Positions 1 to 13,140 of a stretch of DNA of 64,000 nt are shown piece by piece. The stretch comes from Octopus bimaculoides. Lineage: Eukaryota. The position numbers were made by a program, and so were the translations under genes. Numbering within the stretch: position 1 is the first letter of the stretch; each line of letters begins with the position of its first letter. The notes under the pieces are model-generated. The model had not been told where the DNA came from and searched no databases. It worked only from the letters and a program-made list of their open reading frames with translations. Where the stretch lies: NCBI RefSeq assembly GCF_001194135.2, contig NC_068996.1:6329848-6393847 (forward strand). The letters run 5' to 3'.

Positions 1-1464
1 ATTTTCAACCCAAAGAAGACAGATGTCCTGTTGAAATATTGTTCAATCTATTACAAATCACATCACATTCTTCCTACTGTCTATTTACCTTTATGAAGGG
101 TTTCATCAATCTTTATAAACAACAACAACAACAACAGCAGCAGCAGCATCCGCCACCACCACCAATAATAATAATAATAAGCCTTTCCACTGCAGGCACA
201 AGGCCTGAAATTTCAGGGGAGGGGAATAGTTGATTACACCGACCCCAGTACTCAATTGGTACTTATTTTATCAACCTTGAAAGGATATAAGGCAAAGTCA
301 ACCTCACCGGAATTTGAACCCAGATGAAGCATTTTGTTAAGCATTTTGCCTAGCATGTTAATGATTCTGTCAGCTCGCTGTCTTAAGGATTTGCACTGTC
401 AACCTGCAGAAAAGTACCACCCTATATTGTGCAAGAATCCTAAGAAAAATTCTTGAGATTTGAGGAGATTCATCACCAAACCTCAAGATAAAATTCCTGC
501 ACTAACTTAATAATAATGAGCGTAAAAGAGCAACAGTAATATTTCAGACTACATCATATCTAATGTGACCTTCCTCTTATGAGATAGTAGCAATGTGATT
601 AGAGGGAGATTTGCCTGCTATTTCCAACAGGCTGAGTGAATGCACTGAGGTTTGCTCATTTATTCCAGTTGTGACTACGCTGTCTTTTTGTAAAGCTACA
701 TTGTTCAGTTTACCTAAGAGTATCTTATCTAATGTGCCCACTTTTCCTCATTTAACTGTTTTGTTACCATATTTCTGTTGATAAACACTGTCTTTGTTTC
801 CATTAATTTTGAAAATAACGAAGAATTTAGTAAAGTAATTTTGTTGTTATTAAGCTGGGTATTTAGAACAAAATCAATATGAAATTTTGATAGGAAGTTT
901 GTATCATAGAAACAGGAGTGATCTCAGATGACTTTGTATCAAAAGGGTTCCATGAGCAGGAGGGGGGGGGTGATTTGAAAGAGATTCGTTGTGAGTTATT
1001 TCTGGCTGTTTGAAATAAGGGTGTGAAGGGTGAAGACTCCCTTCGATCATGAATGACCATGGCATTGCACCTAGAAAGTTCCTCTCCAAGGCACAAGTCT
1101 GGGCAAGGTTGTTTGTGGAAGGCCAGTAGTTGCCTATGCATACCAGACTCCCATCTCCAAAGGTCGATATAGCTTGGCACCGTTGATGGCACAACTCATT
1201 TCTACAGATGAGTGAAGTGGAGCAACATGAAATAAAGTTTCTTGCTCAAGACTACAACACACAGTCCAGTCTGGGAATTGAACTCACTGTCTCATGATTG
1301 AGAACCTAATGCTCTAACAACTGAGCCAGAAATACCATTATTCACTTGGAATTGAAACTTTATTTAAAAAAAAAACAAAAAAACCCCAAAGTTTTGTTCC
1401 TCACAGGAATGAGCTCCTGACAGATTCTTTTATACTCATTTTTACAATAACATATCTCTCTGTG

Positions 1465-1691
1465 CTCTTATTTCTTTATTGCCCACAAGGGGCTAAACAT
1501 AGAGGGGGACAAACAAGGACAGACAAAGGGATTAAGTTGATTATATCGGCCGCCAGTGTTCAACTGTTACTTATTTAATCGACCCCGAAAGGATGAAAGG
1601 CAAAGTTGACCTTGGCGGAATTTGAACTCAGAACATGAAGACAGACGAAATACCACTAAGCATTTCGCCCAACGCTTCTGGCAGTTCGCCG
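1465..1691 (-). mobile_element. tRNA-derived SINE family C (possibly Meta-domain)
   Basis: Minus strand GGCGAACTGCCAGAA..TGAGTTCAAATTCCGCCAAGGTCAACTTTGCCTTTCATCCTTTCGGGGTCGATTAAATAAGTA. Other copies at ~165-385, 7555-7695(+), 19950-20170, 30955-31090, 43700-43917, 61225-61438 and 61890-61975. The domain name is from memory of the consensus. Confidence 0.75.
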
Positions 1692-1811
1692 TGTGTGTAT
1701 ACGTTGTGTTTGTGTGTGTGTGTGTGTGAGCTGTGTCTTTAATTTGGTTTTTGTGTTTGTCAAGATATAAAAATATATATGTTAAAAGCTATAAAAGTGT
1801 GTGTGTGAGGG

Positions 1812-2676
1812 NNNNNNNNNNNNNNNNNNNNNNNNNNNNNNNNNNNNNNNNNNNNNNNNNNNNNNNNNNNNNNNNNNNNNNNNNNNNNNNNNNNNNNNNN
1901 NNNNNNNNNNNNNNNNNNNNNNNNNNNNNNNNNNNNNNNNNNNNNNNNNNNNNNNNNNNNNNNNNNNNNNNNNNNNNNNNNNNNNNNNNNNNNNNNNNNN
2001 NNNNNNNNNNNNNNNNNNNNNNNNNNNNNNNNNNNNNNNNNNNNNNNNNNNNNNNNNNNNNNNNNNNNNNNNNNNNNNNNNNNNNNNNNNNNNNNNNNNN
2101 NNNNNNNNNNNNNNNNNNNNNNNNNNNNNNNNNNNNNNNNNNNNNNNNNNNNNNNNNNNNNNNNNNNNNNNNNNNNNNNNNNNNNNNNNNNNNNNNNNNN
2201 NNNNNNNNNNNNNNNNNNNNNNNNNNNNNNNNNNNNNNNNNNNNNNNNNNNNNNNNNNNNNNNNNNNNNNNNNNNNNNNNNNNNNNNNNNNNNNNNNNNN
2301 NNNNNNNNNNNNNNNNNNNNNNNNNNNNNNNNNNNNNNNNNNNNNNNNNNNNNNNNNNNNNNNNNNNNNNNNNNNNNNNNNNNNNNNNNNNNNNNNNNNN
2401 NNNNNNNNNNNNNNNNNNNNNNNNNNNNNNNNNNNNNNNNNNNNNNNNNNNNNNNNNNNNNNNNNNNNNNNNNNNNNNNNNNNNNNNNNNNNNNNNNNNN
2501 NNNNNNNNNNNNNNNNNNNNNNNNNNNNNNNNNNNNNNNNNNNNNNNNNNNNNNNNNNNNNNNNNNNNNNNNNNNNNNNNNNNNNNNNNNNNNNNNNNNN
2601 NNNNNNNNNNNNNNNNNNNNNNNNNNNNNNNNNNNNNNNNNNNNNNNNNNNNNNNNNNNNNNNNNNNNNNNNNNNN
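1812..2676. other. Assembly gap (N run)
   Basis: Other gaps: 17023-17055, 21789-22613, 23690-24676, 27040-27249, 28575-28584, 38195-38549, 41406-41773, 47758-48019, 49315-49324, 49617-49650. Almost all abut microsatellites or young repeats. Confidence 1.
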
Positions 2677-5059
2677 TTCAGCAAAAGTTACTGAGTAAGT
2701 ACCAAACTTTAAAAAGAAAAAAAGTATTGGAATCGATTCATTTGATTAAAATTCTTCGAGGCAGTGCTCCAGCATGGCCACAGCCAGATGACAGAAACAA
2801 GTAAAAAAACTAAGAGATGATCAAAGATCTACAGTACAGACCTTATAACCCACTAAAGTTCAGTAGAAATATGTATAAATACATAAATGTGGTGGGGGGG
2901 GGAGAGAGAAAAAAAATCACTGAGGAAATAAGTGGTGGTCTGCTGGCGCTGGGGCAAAGTTTTTGGGAATTAATAACAAACTCATAAATGTCCTGCCTCA
3001 GTCACATTAGTCACTGCCACCTCACCTCCCTCATCAACATCCTTTATGCTTGGTTACCCTACTTCCATCCTACAATTCTATTCAAACGATAAACATTTTC
3101 TTTTTTTTTTCTTATTTGAAAGAAGAAAAAAAAAATGAAAAAAAATAAGATAGTTTTGTTTAAAAAAATAATTAGGGTTTTCATCTTCCTACAGAATAAA
3201 ACTCTTTTCCATGAATATATTTGGGATGAAGTTATTTATGGATGTTTGCTTAAATTCATGTCTGGAGAGGCTGGAGAGAAATGTGGATGTACAAGTAATT
3301 GTTGTTGTTGTTGTTGTTGTTGTTTAACCTCCAAGGTAGCCTTGAACCAGCAGACCTAAGGACCAAAGATGTTCCAGCCGTGGCCATCTCGCCTCTAATT
3401 TAGACATAGTATATTGAGGAGTACATTATCCAATATATCCTATATTTCTTTAAAATGGTAGGGGAGTGATTCAAGGCAAATTTGGCTGCTATTTCCAGGA
3501 GGTTAAGATATAATTCAGACATACATTAGTTAATTGGCTCTGGGATGTATGATGTTTCTATATATTAGAAGAAAATAATGGTTGATTATAAACAAGTAAG
3601 CAAATTCTGCAAGCTGCATTTTGGGTTAACTAATAAAGAGAACAGTAACTCTAAATTAGATGGGTACAAATAGAGGGATGGGGGACTTTTAACCCTTTTG
3701 ATACCAGCCTACCTGAAACTGTCCCTAGTACTGAATATACAAATTCAGTTTTAAAGTGATCTAAAACCTATATTAAAATTTCATGTTAATTTGTATTCTA
3801 GACACCAGCTTTATAATGACAAAGTTAATAATAAAGTCTTCATTAATTCAAAAAATTAATTGAAACAAATGTAGTATATTTCAACATAAATATGGTAAGA
3901 AAACTGGTTAATCATCCAGCATGAAACAACCACTGAAGTGTTTGTAGCAAGATAAGATACATCTAACAAACTCTGTAAGACATGCAGTGATAAAAATAGT
4001 TCAATCTATAGCAGATTTTAAAAATAGCCAGGTATAAGTTCATGATTACATCTATATAAGCCATATTGCAGGCAGTTCATCTAGGGGAGCAGTAATTCCG
4101 AATAAGAACAGACAAAGGGAACTCTTTTGAGTGGCCACAGAAAATCTCTCTACTACTGGTGGTTCAGTGGTTGAGGATGGGAGAAACATCTAACCATTAA
4201 AAAAAAAAGTCAGTTCTCTCTGCTACTGTATGTGGATGTGATGAATGGTGCTAAGCACTATGATGCTGCACCATGACAAGTGCAATGATGATAAGATGAT
4301 GCAAAATTGTCTGATCAATGCAGGCAAGAAAAGACATTTAAAACTAACAACGAAGATGATAATTTTACATGCATGAAAGTATAGGCATAGACAATTTATT
4401 TGCACTGTAGGCCAACTGGAGATCACAACAATTCTGGCAACTTCTCACAATACAATACTCTACAACAATGTTGAAATGTCATCGGTGCCACTGGAGAATA
4501 TCTGGGATGTCTTGATCTTATTATATAGTTCCATATTTGGATCATATATTACCACATGAATTACATGTGAGAAAATGTGTATACGTCTGTATGGGTGGAA
4601 ATACATATCATATACATGTTGTAGCCACAAACACACATACAAATACCATCATCATAATTGTTTTAACATCCACTTTTCCATGGTTTCATGGGTTAGATGG
4701 AGCTCATTGAAGTAGATTTTATACAGCCAGATGCCCTTCTGATGTGACCCTTACCTGATTCCAAGCAAGGTAATATTTTTCCATGGTTAGATATATTCTT
4801 CACGGAATATAAGAAATGAATGACATTTATTTACAACACTCAAAGCCAAGACAAAGAGATAAAACACATACATGTACTCATGCACACACATGATGGGCTT
4901 CTTTCAATTTTCATCTATCACATCCACTCATAAGGCTTTGAAGGGCCTGGGGTTGGAGCACAAAATATCTGCCCAAGGTGCTATGCCATGGGACTGAACT
5001 TGAAAGCATGTAGTTAGGGAACTGAACTTCAAAACCACCAAGCCACAACTACACCTCAC

Positions 5060-5092
<33 letters not shown>

Positions 5093-6253
5093 GCTATCTG
5101 CACACCATTAGAAGGTATGATATTGTGGAATTGTTAAATAAGATATCTTTGTAAGGTTGTTTTAAAAATACAATATATACTGGATTGAGATATGTGTATG
5201 CATGTGTATAACACACATACACACACAGGTGAGTATATAAGTGCAAAAGAAGGTGAAAAAAATAGTACTCGAATACCAAAGGTAGAGTAATATACTTCTT
5301 ATTAAAGTTGCAAAACTATCACAGAACTGTTTTGAGATAATTTTGCTGCTTTAATAAAAAAAAAAATTATATATATATATTAATATGCATAATTATATAT
5401 ATATATTAATATGCATAATTGTGCATATTAAAAGAATAATTCATGCAGACACCAACCTCATACATATACACACACACACACACAAATATACACACATACA
5501 TGCATACACATACATGTGTGTATACACAGTCCTTAAGTTTACATGGTGGTGGTGGGGGGTAGAGAGAAAACACTAGATTGGTGAGTCTGAACTTGTATAA
5601 CCTTTTTGGTACAAACCTGTTTTAAAGTGATCTAAATTAAAACTTTCTATTAAACTTTCATGTTCCATACACAAGCTTAAGGACAAAGTTATTTTACAAA
5701 AATTCTTCATTATTTTCAAAATTGATTGAAACAAAAAACAGTATATTTCAACAGAAATATGGTAACAAAATTGTTAATGTAAGTAGCATTAAAATACAAA
5801 TAGGAAATAATTGCCCTTATAGTAGAAGACCATATTAGTCATTAAATAATATCATTTTGATCATACCACTAAGAATGGAAGAATAACTCTGAACATGTTT
5901 CAAGTCTGTATTTATAGTTTCGTCAAACACTACTGGTTTACTATGTATACTTCATAGGTCAGGTTTCCATCCTGAGATTAATGAACACACGTTCCTTTCA
6001 CCAATTGTATAAGAACTGGGAAGGGCAAAGGAAGGAGTTTGCCCTTTCAACACTAAACCATTACAGGTGAGAGAAAAAAAAAAACAATTTGACAAACCAC
6101 TAATGCAAAAGACTGCTCAATACATCTATTATGTAGTACACCTAGGTCCATCTATTGGCATTTACTGCCGTCTATGGTCCCCAGATAGTCTATACAATCA
6201 AATGGCTTGTAGTATCAACTGCGAAAACCAAAGAGAAATAGATGCAGTCTTAC

Positions 6254-6312
6254 CTTTTCCTTCCTCCACTTTGTTGATCTTTTAATGAAATGAGGTAATT
6301 TCTTCTACTTCT
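6254..6312 (-). CDS. Candidate downstream small exon (RSRRNYLISLKDQQSGGRK)
   Basis: Consensus donor AAG|GTAAGA at 6253. Tandem tagTAG acceptor with a weak pyrimidine tract. A phase-0 start would match the phase-0 end of exon 19226-19779. Could equally be a UTR exon or chance. Confidence 0.3.
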
Positions 6313-6377
6313 CTACTAAAGCAACTTATCTACTGATTACTTATGGGCTATACCTAGGCTTAACTTACAGCGTGCAC

Positions 6378-6379
<2 letters not shown>

Positions 6380-6463
<84 letters not shown>

Positions 6464-6711
6464 TTATATTCATTTAGGTATGAGTAAACATCAATATGTA
6501 TGTATATACACATGTGCAGACATACATAAATACATGCAGAATGTGTGTGTATGCAGATAGATGTACACATTTGATGCTTCTAATAAAAACAAATGTAAGT
6601 TTGTTTTTATATACACATGTGATATATATATATACACACTCACATACACGTGCAGGAGTTGTCTAAGAGACCATAAGTTAGAGAAAAGATGCACTTGTGT
6701 ATGTCAGTAGA

Positions 6712-6766
<55 letters not shown>

Positions 6767-6950
6767 TACACAAATATATATATAAAATTAATTTTGCCTG
6801 CACGGCTGATATTTGTTGCCACTAGTGATGGTATTTTGATAGTAGTATCACTCTCACATTTACTTATATATATATATATATACATACACACACACACAAA
6901 TATACACACATGCATGCATACACATACATGTGTATATACACAGACCTTAA
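6380..6950. repeat. Compound (TG)n/(TA)n/(CA)n microsatellite cluster, representative of dozens in the window
   Basis: Direct reading. Similar tracts at 17905-17958, 20480-20525, 26820-27040, 35520-35730, 37325-37362, 37663-37711, 61440-61487 and 63948-64000. Confidence 0.95.
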
Positions 6951-7104
6951 GTTTACATGGTACATTGGTTCCACACACCACCATTTAAATCAAAATTATG
7001 TGAGCTGAGGGGATATATTTTTAACGGTGTTATTAATAAAAAAATTAAAAAAAAACATATATCTAAAGAAATATTTACTGAAATGGTAATAATAAATATA
7101 CACC

Positions 7105-7474
7105 TCTATATTTAAGAGATGAGGAATTATGTACATTATTTACATTTGATGGATATTTGTCCTCATATTGTTTGTTAACACAACGTTTTGGCTGATATGC
7201 CCTCCAGCCTTCATCAGGTGACTTGGGGAAATTTCGAACCTGGGTTCTCATTCCTAAGGTATTTTTTCAATGTTATTATTATTATTATTATTCAGGTCAC
7301 TGCCTGGAATCGAACTCGGAATCTTGGGGTTAGTAGCCCGCACTCTTAACCACTACGCTATATGAAGGCTGGAGGGTATATTAGCCAAAACGCAGTGTTA
7401 ACAACAAGCAAGATGAGGACAAATATCCGTCAAATGTAAATAATGTACATAACTCCTCATCTCTTAAATATAGA
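7105..7474 (-). mobile_element. tRNA-headed SINE-like element with a Penelope-type minimal hammerhead and an inverted copy of its 3' end
   Basis: Minus strand: box A TAGCGTAGTGG, box B GAGTTCGATTCC, then (TAA)n, then GTCAC-CTGATGA-A-GGCTG..CAGCC-AAAAC-GTT-GTGTT (7222-7177; G12 changed to A). The 110-bp segments 7105-7214 and 7362-7474 are inverted repeats. Confidence 0.7.
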
Positions 7475-8410
7475 ACTGTAAGATTTATTATTACCATTGG
7501 TAATATTGAAATAATGGAGCCTCATAATTAAAAGAAGAGTAATTCAGGGTAAATGAAAACAACTGAAATATAAAAATGAATGTCTGACCCCAGGGCTTAA
7601 ACATGTACCAGTTAAGCACTGGGGTTGTTGTAATTGACTCACCCCCACCTCCTACAAAATTTCAGGCCTTGTGCCTGTAGTAGAAAGGATTATTATTAAT
7701 ATTTCAAGTTACTGAATAAATCAATTTATCTGTGAATTACCATCATCATCATCTTTATGTATATATGTCTATATACATATACATCATCATCATTGTTTAA
7801 CGTCCGCTTTCCATGCTAGCATGGGTTGGATCATTTGACTGAGGACTGATGAACCAGATGGCTACATCAGGCTCCAATCTGATCTGGTAGAGTTTCTACA
7901 GCTGGATGCCCTTCCTAACGCCAACCACTCCGAGAGTGTAGTGGGTCCTTTTGTGCCACCGGCACGAAGGCCAGTCAGGAGGTACTGGCAATGGCCATGC
8001 TCCAAATGGTGTATTTTACGTGCCACCCGCACAGGAGCCAGTGTATTTGTGTTCTTTTATTCTTCTACTGGTTTCAGTCATTAGACTGGTGCTTATTCCA
8101 CTGGTCTCTTTTTGCTGAATTACTAAGTTACAGGGTTGTAAACAAATCAACAAGCAGTGGTGGGAGACAAACACAAAGATACACATATACAAATATGATA
8201 GACTTCTTTCAGTTTCTCTCTACTAAATCCATTCACAAGGCTTTGGTCAGCTCAGGGCTCAGTAGAGGACACTTGCCCAAGGTATCACACAATGAAACTG
8301 AAAGTGGAACCATATAGATGAGAGCAAGCTTCTTACCACACAGCCACTCCTATAAACATATACATGAGATGAACTGGTGAACGAGTTTCTACAAAGCAGT
8401 ACAAACTTAA

Positions 8411-8599
8411 ACCTTTCGTTACTGTATTTATTTTGAGCAACAAAGAATTTAGTAAAATAACTTAGTTATCATTAAGCTAGTGTTAGGAACATAAACTGTG
8501 ACTAAGGTTCGGTGGAAGATTTTAATTCAGAACTTATGAAAACAAGACATTTGTACTACAGAGCCAGAGGTGATTTCAGCCGGGTTGGTAACGAAAGGG
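8411..8599. mobile_element. piggyBac-type MITE (family 1), first of a tandem pair
   Basis: TTAA|(A)CCTTTCGTTAC..GTAACGAAAGGG|TTAA; short internal deletion relative to its neighbour. Confidence 0.8.
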
Positions 8600-8619
8600 T
8601 TAAATTAATCATTTGTTAA

Positions 8620-8841
8620 CCCTTTTGTTACCATATTTCTGTTGAGATGCTCTGTGTTTCTTTCAATTAATTTTAAATATAACAGAGAATTTAGTAAAAT
8701 AACTTAGCTATCATTCAGCTAGTGTTAGGAACATAAATTGTGACTAAGGTTTAGTGGAAGATTTTAATTCAGAACTTTCGAAAACAAGACATTTGTACTA
8801 CAGAAACAGAGCCGGTTTCAGCCAGGCTAGTAACGAAAAGG
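8620..8841. mobile_element. piggyBac-type MITE (family 1), second of a tandem pair
   Basis: TTAA|CCCTTTTGTTACC..GTAACGAAAAGG|TTAA. Other family members at ~755-950, 3693-3907, ~5597-5776, 29130-29342, 29918-30139 and ~56215-56428. Confidence 0.85.
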
Positions 8842-9110
8842 TTAATAGGTGTTTACTGCATATATATCATACATTGGTTAATTAATTATCAATAGGCTAT
8901 CAAAAGCACCAACATGCAAATTAAGTTACCTACTACACAATAGCTAAATTTATGACTCCTTTATAAAGTAGATATTTTCTCTAAGAACCAATGAACAAAC
9001 TGTAAAATAGGTAACCAGTCATTTCTTTCCCACTTTTTTCACTAGTTGAAGGCATAGAAGGAATTTGTTTACATTTTTATAATTTTCTCTCATAGCTAGA
9101 TTTCCTAAAA

Positions 9111-9510
9111 TCTTTTACTCTTTTACTTGTTTCAGTCACTTGACTGTGGCCATACTGGAGCACTGCCTTTAGTCAAGCAAATCGACCCCAGGACTTATTC
9201 TTTGTAAGCCTAGTACTTATTCTATCGGTGTCTTTTGCTGAACCGCTAAGTTACGGGGACGTAAACACACCAGCATCGGTTGTCAAGCAACGCTGGAGGG
9301 GACAAACAGACACACAAACACACACATACATATATATATACATATATACGACGGGCTTCTTTCAGTTTCCGTCTACCAAATCCACTCACAAAGCTTTGGT
9401 TGGCCCGAGGCTATAGTAGAAGACACTTGCCCAAGGTGCCACGCAGTGGGACTGAAACCAGAACTATGCGGTTGGTATGCAAGCTACTTACCACACAGCC
9501 ACTCCTATGC

Positions 9511-9511
<1 letters not shown>
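9111..9511 (-). mobile_element. tRNA-derived SINE family A (octopus OK/OR-type), near full length
   Basis: Head GG(C)ATAGGAGTGGCTGTGTGGTAAGTAGCTTGC..GGTTTCAGTCCC, then GGCACCTTGGGCAAGTGTCTTCT, an internal (TA)/(TG) microsatellite, and tail AGTAAAAGAGTAAAAGA. Other copies: 8047-8351, 12204-12390, 17706-18081, 21493-21720, 26452-26815, 28402-28870, 29567-29855, 31853-31990, 32872-33075, 40628-40937, 41805-41955, 42718-43060, 59700-59870. Confidence 0.85.
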
Positions 9512-9551
<40 letters not shown>

Positions 9552-10209
9552 AGCATTAACATAATAATCAAACCCAATTGACATCTTATTTCTTTCCCTC
9601 CCTATTGGTCCCCTTCACTTCTCACCTCAGCCTAAACCCACTGTATGCATGACTCACTCCCTACATTGATACCATTAACTACCAAATCCTGGGGTTCAAG
9701 AGCACTCAGAAAATGACTGGTATATGTTTTACCAATACTGGAAAGATGGAAAAAAAAAAAAAGGTCAGATGATAAAGGGATGAAATTTTGTGATTGCTTT
9801 CATCAAAAGTAAAACAAACACTATCCATGATAATTTGGAGATTATGAAAATACATACAGTATGTTTAATGTTATATACACACACTGAAACAGAATGAACT
9901 GATCACTGTATATAATACAGAGAGAGGGAGACACACACACACAAACACACATGAATCAAAATGTGCTGAATGTTATGCATAAATACACAAGCTGAAACAG
10001 GGTGTGTCAAACATTATATACACAAATACTGAAACAGGGTACATTGAAAATTTTATGTATATATATTCATACATATGTATATATATTCATACATGTATAT
10101 ATATTCATACATACACACATAAGCTCTTGCACACACATACTCACCCTTCAACCCATAAACAATAGCAGGATTCTAGGTTTTCTATTTAAATCTGAATCTT
10201 TTTCAACAA

Positions 10210-11510
10210 CTTTAACAGATTTAGGTTGAGACCTCTGGCATGAAGAATTGGTCCTGAACTTCTTAGTTATGTCCAGGAGAACTATAACAGACTAAAGTGA
10301 ACTGAAGACCACTTGATTGCAAGCTAAATACCTTGTTAAAACTGTTGCTAACATCTCAGAAGTCATTCATTTACATCTAGTTTTCCCAGCAGCCACCAGA
10401 CAATAGAGTATTGAACTAAAAAGCCTTCTCACATAAACAAATTAGGTATCGGGACTTGCTCTTTACTAAGAAGAAAACATCAGTGGTACTTTGTTGTAAC
10501 ACAATCCTCAACTGCATCTCATTTAAGTTCATTTTTGCACCCCGTATTATGTACCTAACTTGGTTCTTCAGGTGCTTCTATAGTCACACATTTATTTTTT
10601 TAAAAGTATTTCCTTTGCTCTTCTAGAAATTGTTGATGACATTATTACACAAGTCATTAGGAATGAACCCTCATTTACCCTTCATGTCCAACTTTGTTGA
10701 ATATTTTCAGCATCACTGCAATGGTTCCAGATGAGTCAGTCACTTTTCCTGCCCTAATATCCTCAATAACCATTTCAACCATATAGTATCAATTGCAATA
10801 GTTGATCCCTCTGTTGGGCTAGTCCCCATGGAATAGTCCCCTCGCCCACACCTTTACAACAATTCTCTTCATAACCTCTGCTAATAACATTTTCCCTGCC
10901 TCTTTCTGCTTTGCATCAGTGAGGGCTACTGCGCTACTATCATTACATACACAAATCTTGCCAACAATGTCCTGATTCATATTCAAATATTTCTTTGCAA
11001 TTCATAGTGCCTGATACCTCTGATTCTTATGTTTCAGAATATTGGCAAACATTTTATTTTCTGTTTCTTCTCTCAAAATTACATATAGCTAATATCTAAC
11101 CGTTCTTCTATCAAGTGGATGTTGTTCCTTGCTCTTTGCAGATTGATTCCCAGAAAGTCTTAGTTGTCTTCTACATCAGCAATCTCCAACATTTTTTTGG
11201 GTCCACAGACCAAGGGATCGTGCACATAACACAATAAAATGCATAATTTAATTACTAAATATATAATAGAATAACACTCTGCAGACTGCAATATTCAACA
11301 AAATAGAAATAAAATTTAATAATTCATTCTTCCCATTTGTTCCAATGATCTATGGCCTGGCATTGTCTAAAACTTGATGTTCTATGGCATAAATTGCTAT
11401 TCCTTTTCCTTCTTGCAAAAAGCACTGTCTTGGACTGCTTTAAACTTGGGAAATCTTTTAGCTTCCAAGCCATTCTTCTTCAGTTTGGCTTCTACCTCAG
11501 AGTCTATTTA
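10210..11510 (-). mobile_element. Old RTE-clade LINE ORF relic (reverse transcriptase region)
   Basis: Minus-strand remnants VEMVIEDIRAGKVTDSSGTIAVMLK, EGFIPNDLCNNVINNF*KSKG, STTDVFFLVK..EKAF..WWLLGKLDVNE align with RTE RT motifs (KAPGPSGITAEMLK; IPNDW..KGKG; STTDAIF; DLEKAFD). Many stops and indels. Confidence 0.8.
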
Positions 11511-13140
11511 GCATGTTCCCTAATATCACTAATCACTGGTCTATTTTAATTGTGCATTCTTTACTCAGGCATTCCATCAGTGATGATGATGATGGTTCCA
11601 GTTGATCCAACCAAAGGAACAGTCTGCTTGTAAAATTAACATGCATGTGGCTGAGTACTGCACAGACACACGTACTCTTAACACAGTTCTCAAGGAGATG
11701 TAGCATGACACAGAATGTGTCGAGGCTGGCCCCTTGAAGTACAGGTACAACTCATTTTTGCCAGATGAGTGGACTGGAGCAACGTGAAATAAAGTGTCTT
11801 GCTCAAGGACATGTGTCATTGGAAATTGAACTCATGACCTTACAATCATGAGCCAAATACCTTAACCACTAAGCCAAAAGCCTTCACAAATTCTTTACTA
11901 GAGACTTAGAATTCCCAATCATCTGCATAACCTGTGAGTGTGATGCCTACCTGGCTCATATCTGAGATTATGTACACACATACACAAACACACACACACA
12001 CAAATACACTTATAATACAAAGGCACTTCATAGCCAGTCTCATTACTGAGAATGTGAAAGTTGAATTAGATGTGAGGTACCATCTGTAATAACCATAAAT
12101 AATTCTTGCTCCTCATTATTAAGTACTGTCTGGAATTTCTTGTCTGTACCTACATGCACTGTACACACACACGCACACACACACAATGGGTGCAGACATG
12201 TCTGCAAGGTTAAGAAGTTTCTTTCACAACCATATGGTTTCAGGTTCAGTCCCACAGCATGGCACCTCGGGCAAGTGTCTTGTTCTATAACCCTGGCAGT
12301 AGAAAATCTGCCTCATTGAATTCCATTTGACCAATTCAAGCAGAGAAAAGTAGATGTTAAAATGACGATGATTACACACACACACTAAATGGCATAGGTT
12401 GAATATTATAAATATTTTTTTCATTTGTCAGTGGGTGTTGATAATATTTCTTAATGAATTTAAAAAGTATTTATTTCACAAGAAACATTACACACATACA
12501 TACATGCATATATACACACTCAAACATACAGTCATTTACCTGACCACACATACATTTTTCAAATCATTCTATATTCACATCCTTTTTATGCCAGGACAAA
12601 ATTCTCTCTCTCTCTCTTTTTCTCTCTCTCTCCACACGCAAATCCCTATATTGTCAGAGTGACTATCTTCACAACTATACACCTTTCTTATCATTTAGCC
12701 ACTCAGTCAAGAAGCAAAAGTTATGCCACTGTCATCATCATCATCATCGTTTAACGTCTGCTTTCCATGCTAGCATGGGTTGGACGATTTGACTGAAGAC
12801 TGGTGAAACCGGATGGCAACACCAGGCTCCAATCTGATTTGGCAGAGTTTCTACAGCTGGATGCCCTTCCTAACGCCAACCACTCAGAGAGTGTAGTGGG
12901 TGCTTTTACGTGCCACCGGCACCGTTGTTTAAAATCTCAAGTCTGCCTAAATGTATCAAATCTATGATAAGACATTCCATCTGTGACCGTCACCTCTTTT
13001 TGTATATAGTAGGACCTACAGTTCCCAGCATGCCCTTGCCTATTGTTTTTAAAGACAGTACTGTATGATTCAGGGGAGGTGCTTGCTTGCTATTTCTAGC
13101 AGAATAAGTAACCAGGTAGAAACTTCCTTGTTGGCTAGTA

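Noticed and set aside
1733-2698. Long ORFs spanning N runs (also 21614-22775, 23551-24828, 26765-27479, 38054-38673, 41308-41930, 47673-48168)
   Set aside because: They are open only because N codons contain no stops.
4290-4480. Possible Tigger/pogo N-terminal HTH remnant (AGKKRHLKLTTKMIILHA*..)
   Set aside because: Too degenerate; no TIR or catalytic motif found.
7290-7361. tRNA gene
   Set aside because: Only box A/B and an anticodon-like loop are present, with no acceptor stem; it is a SINE-type head, as are the other tRNA-like segments.
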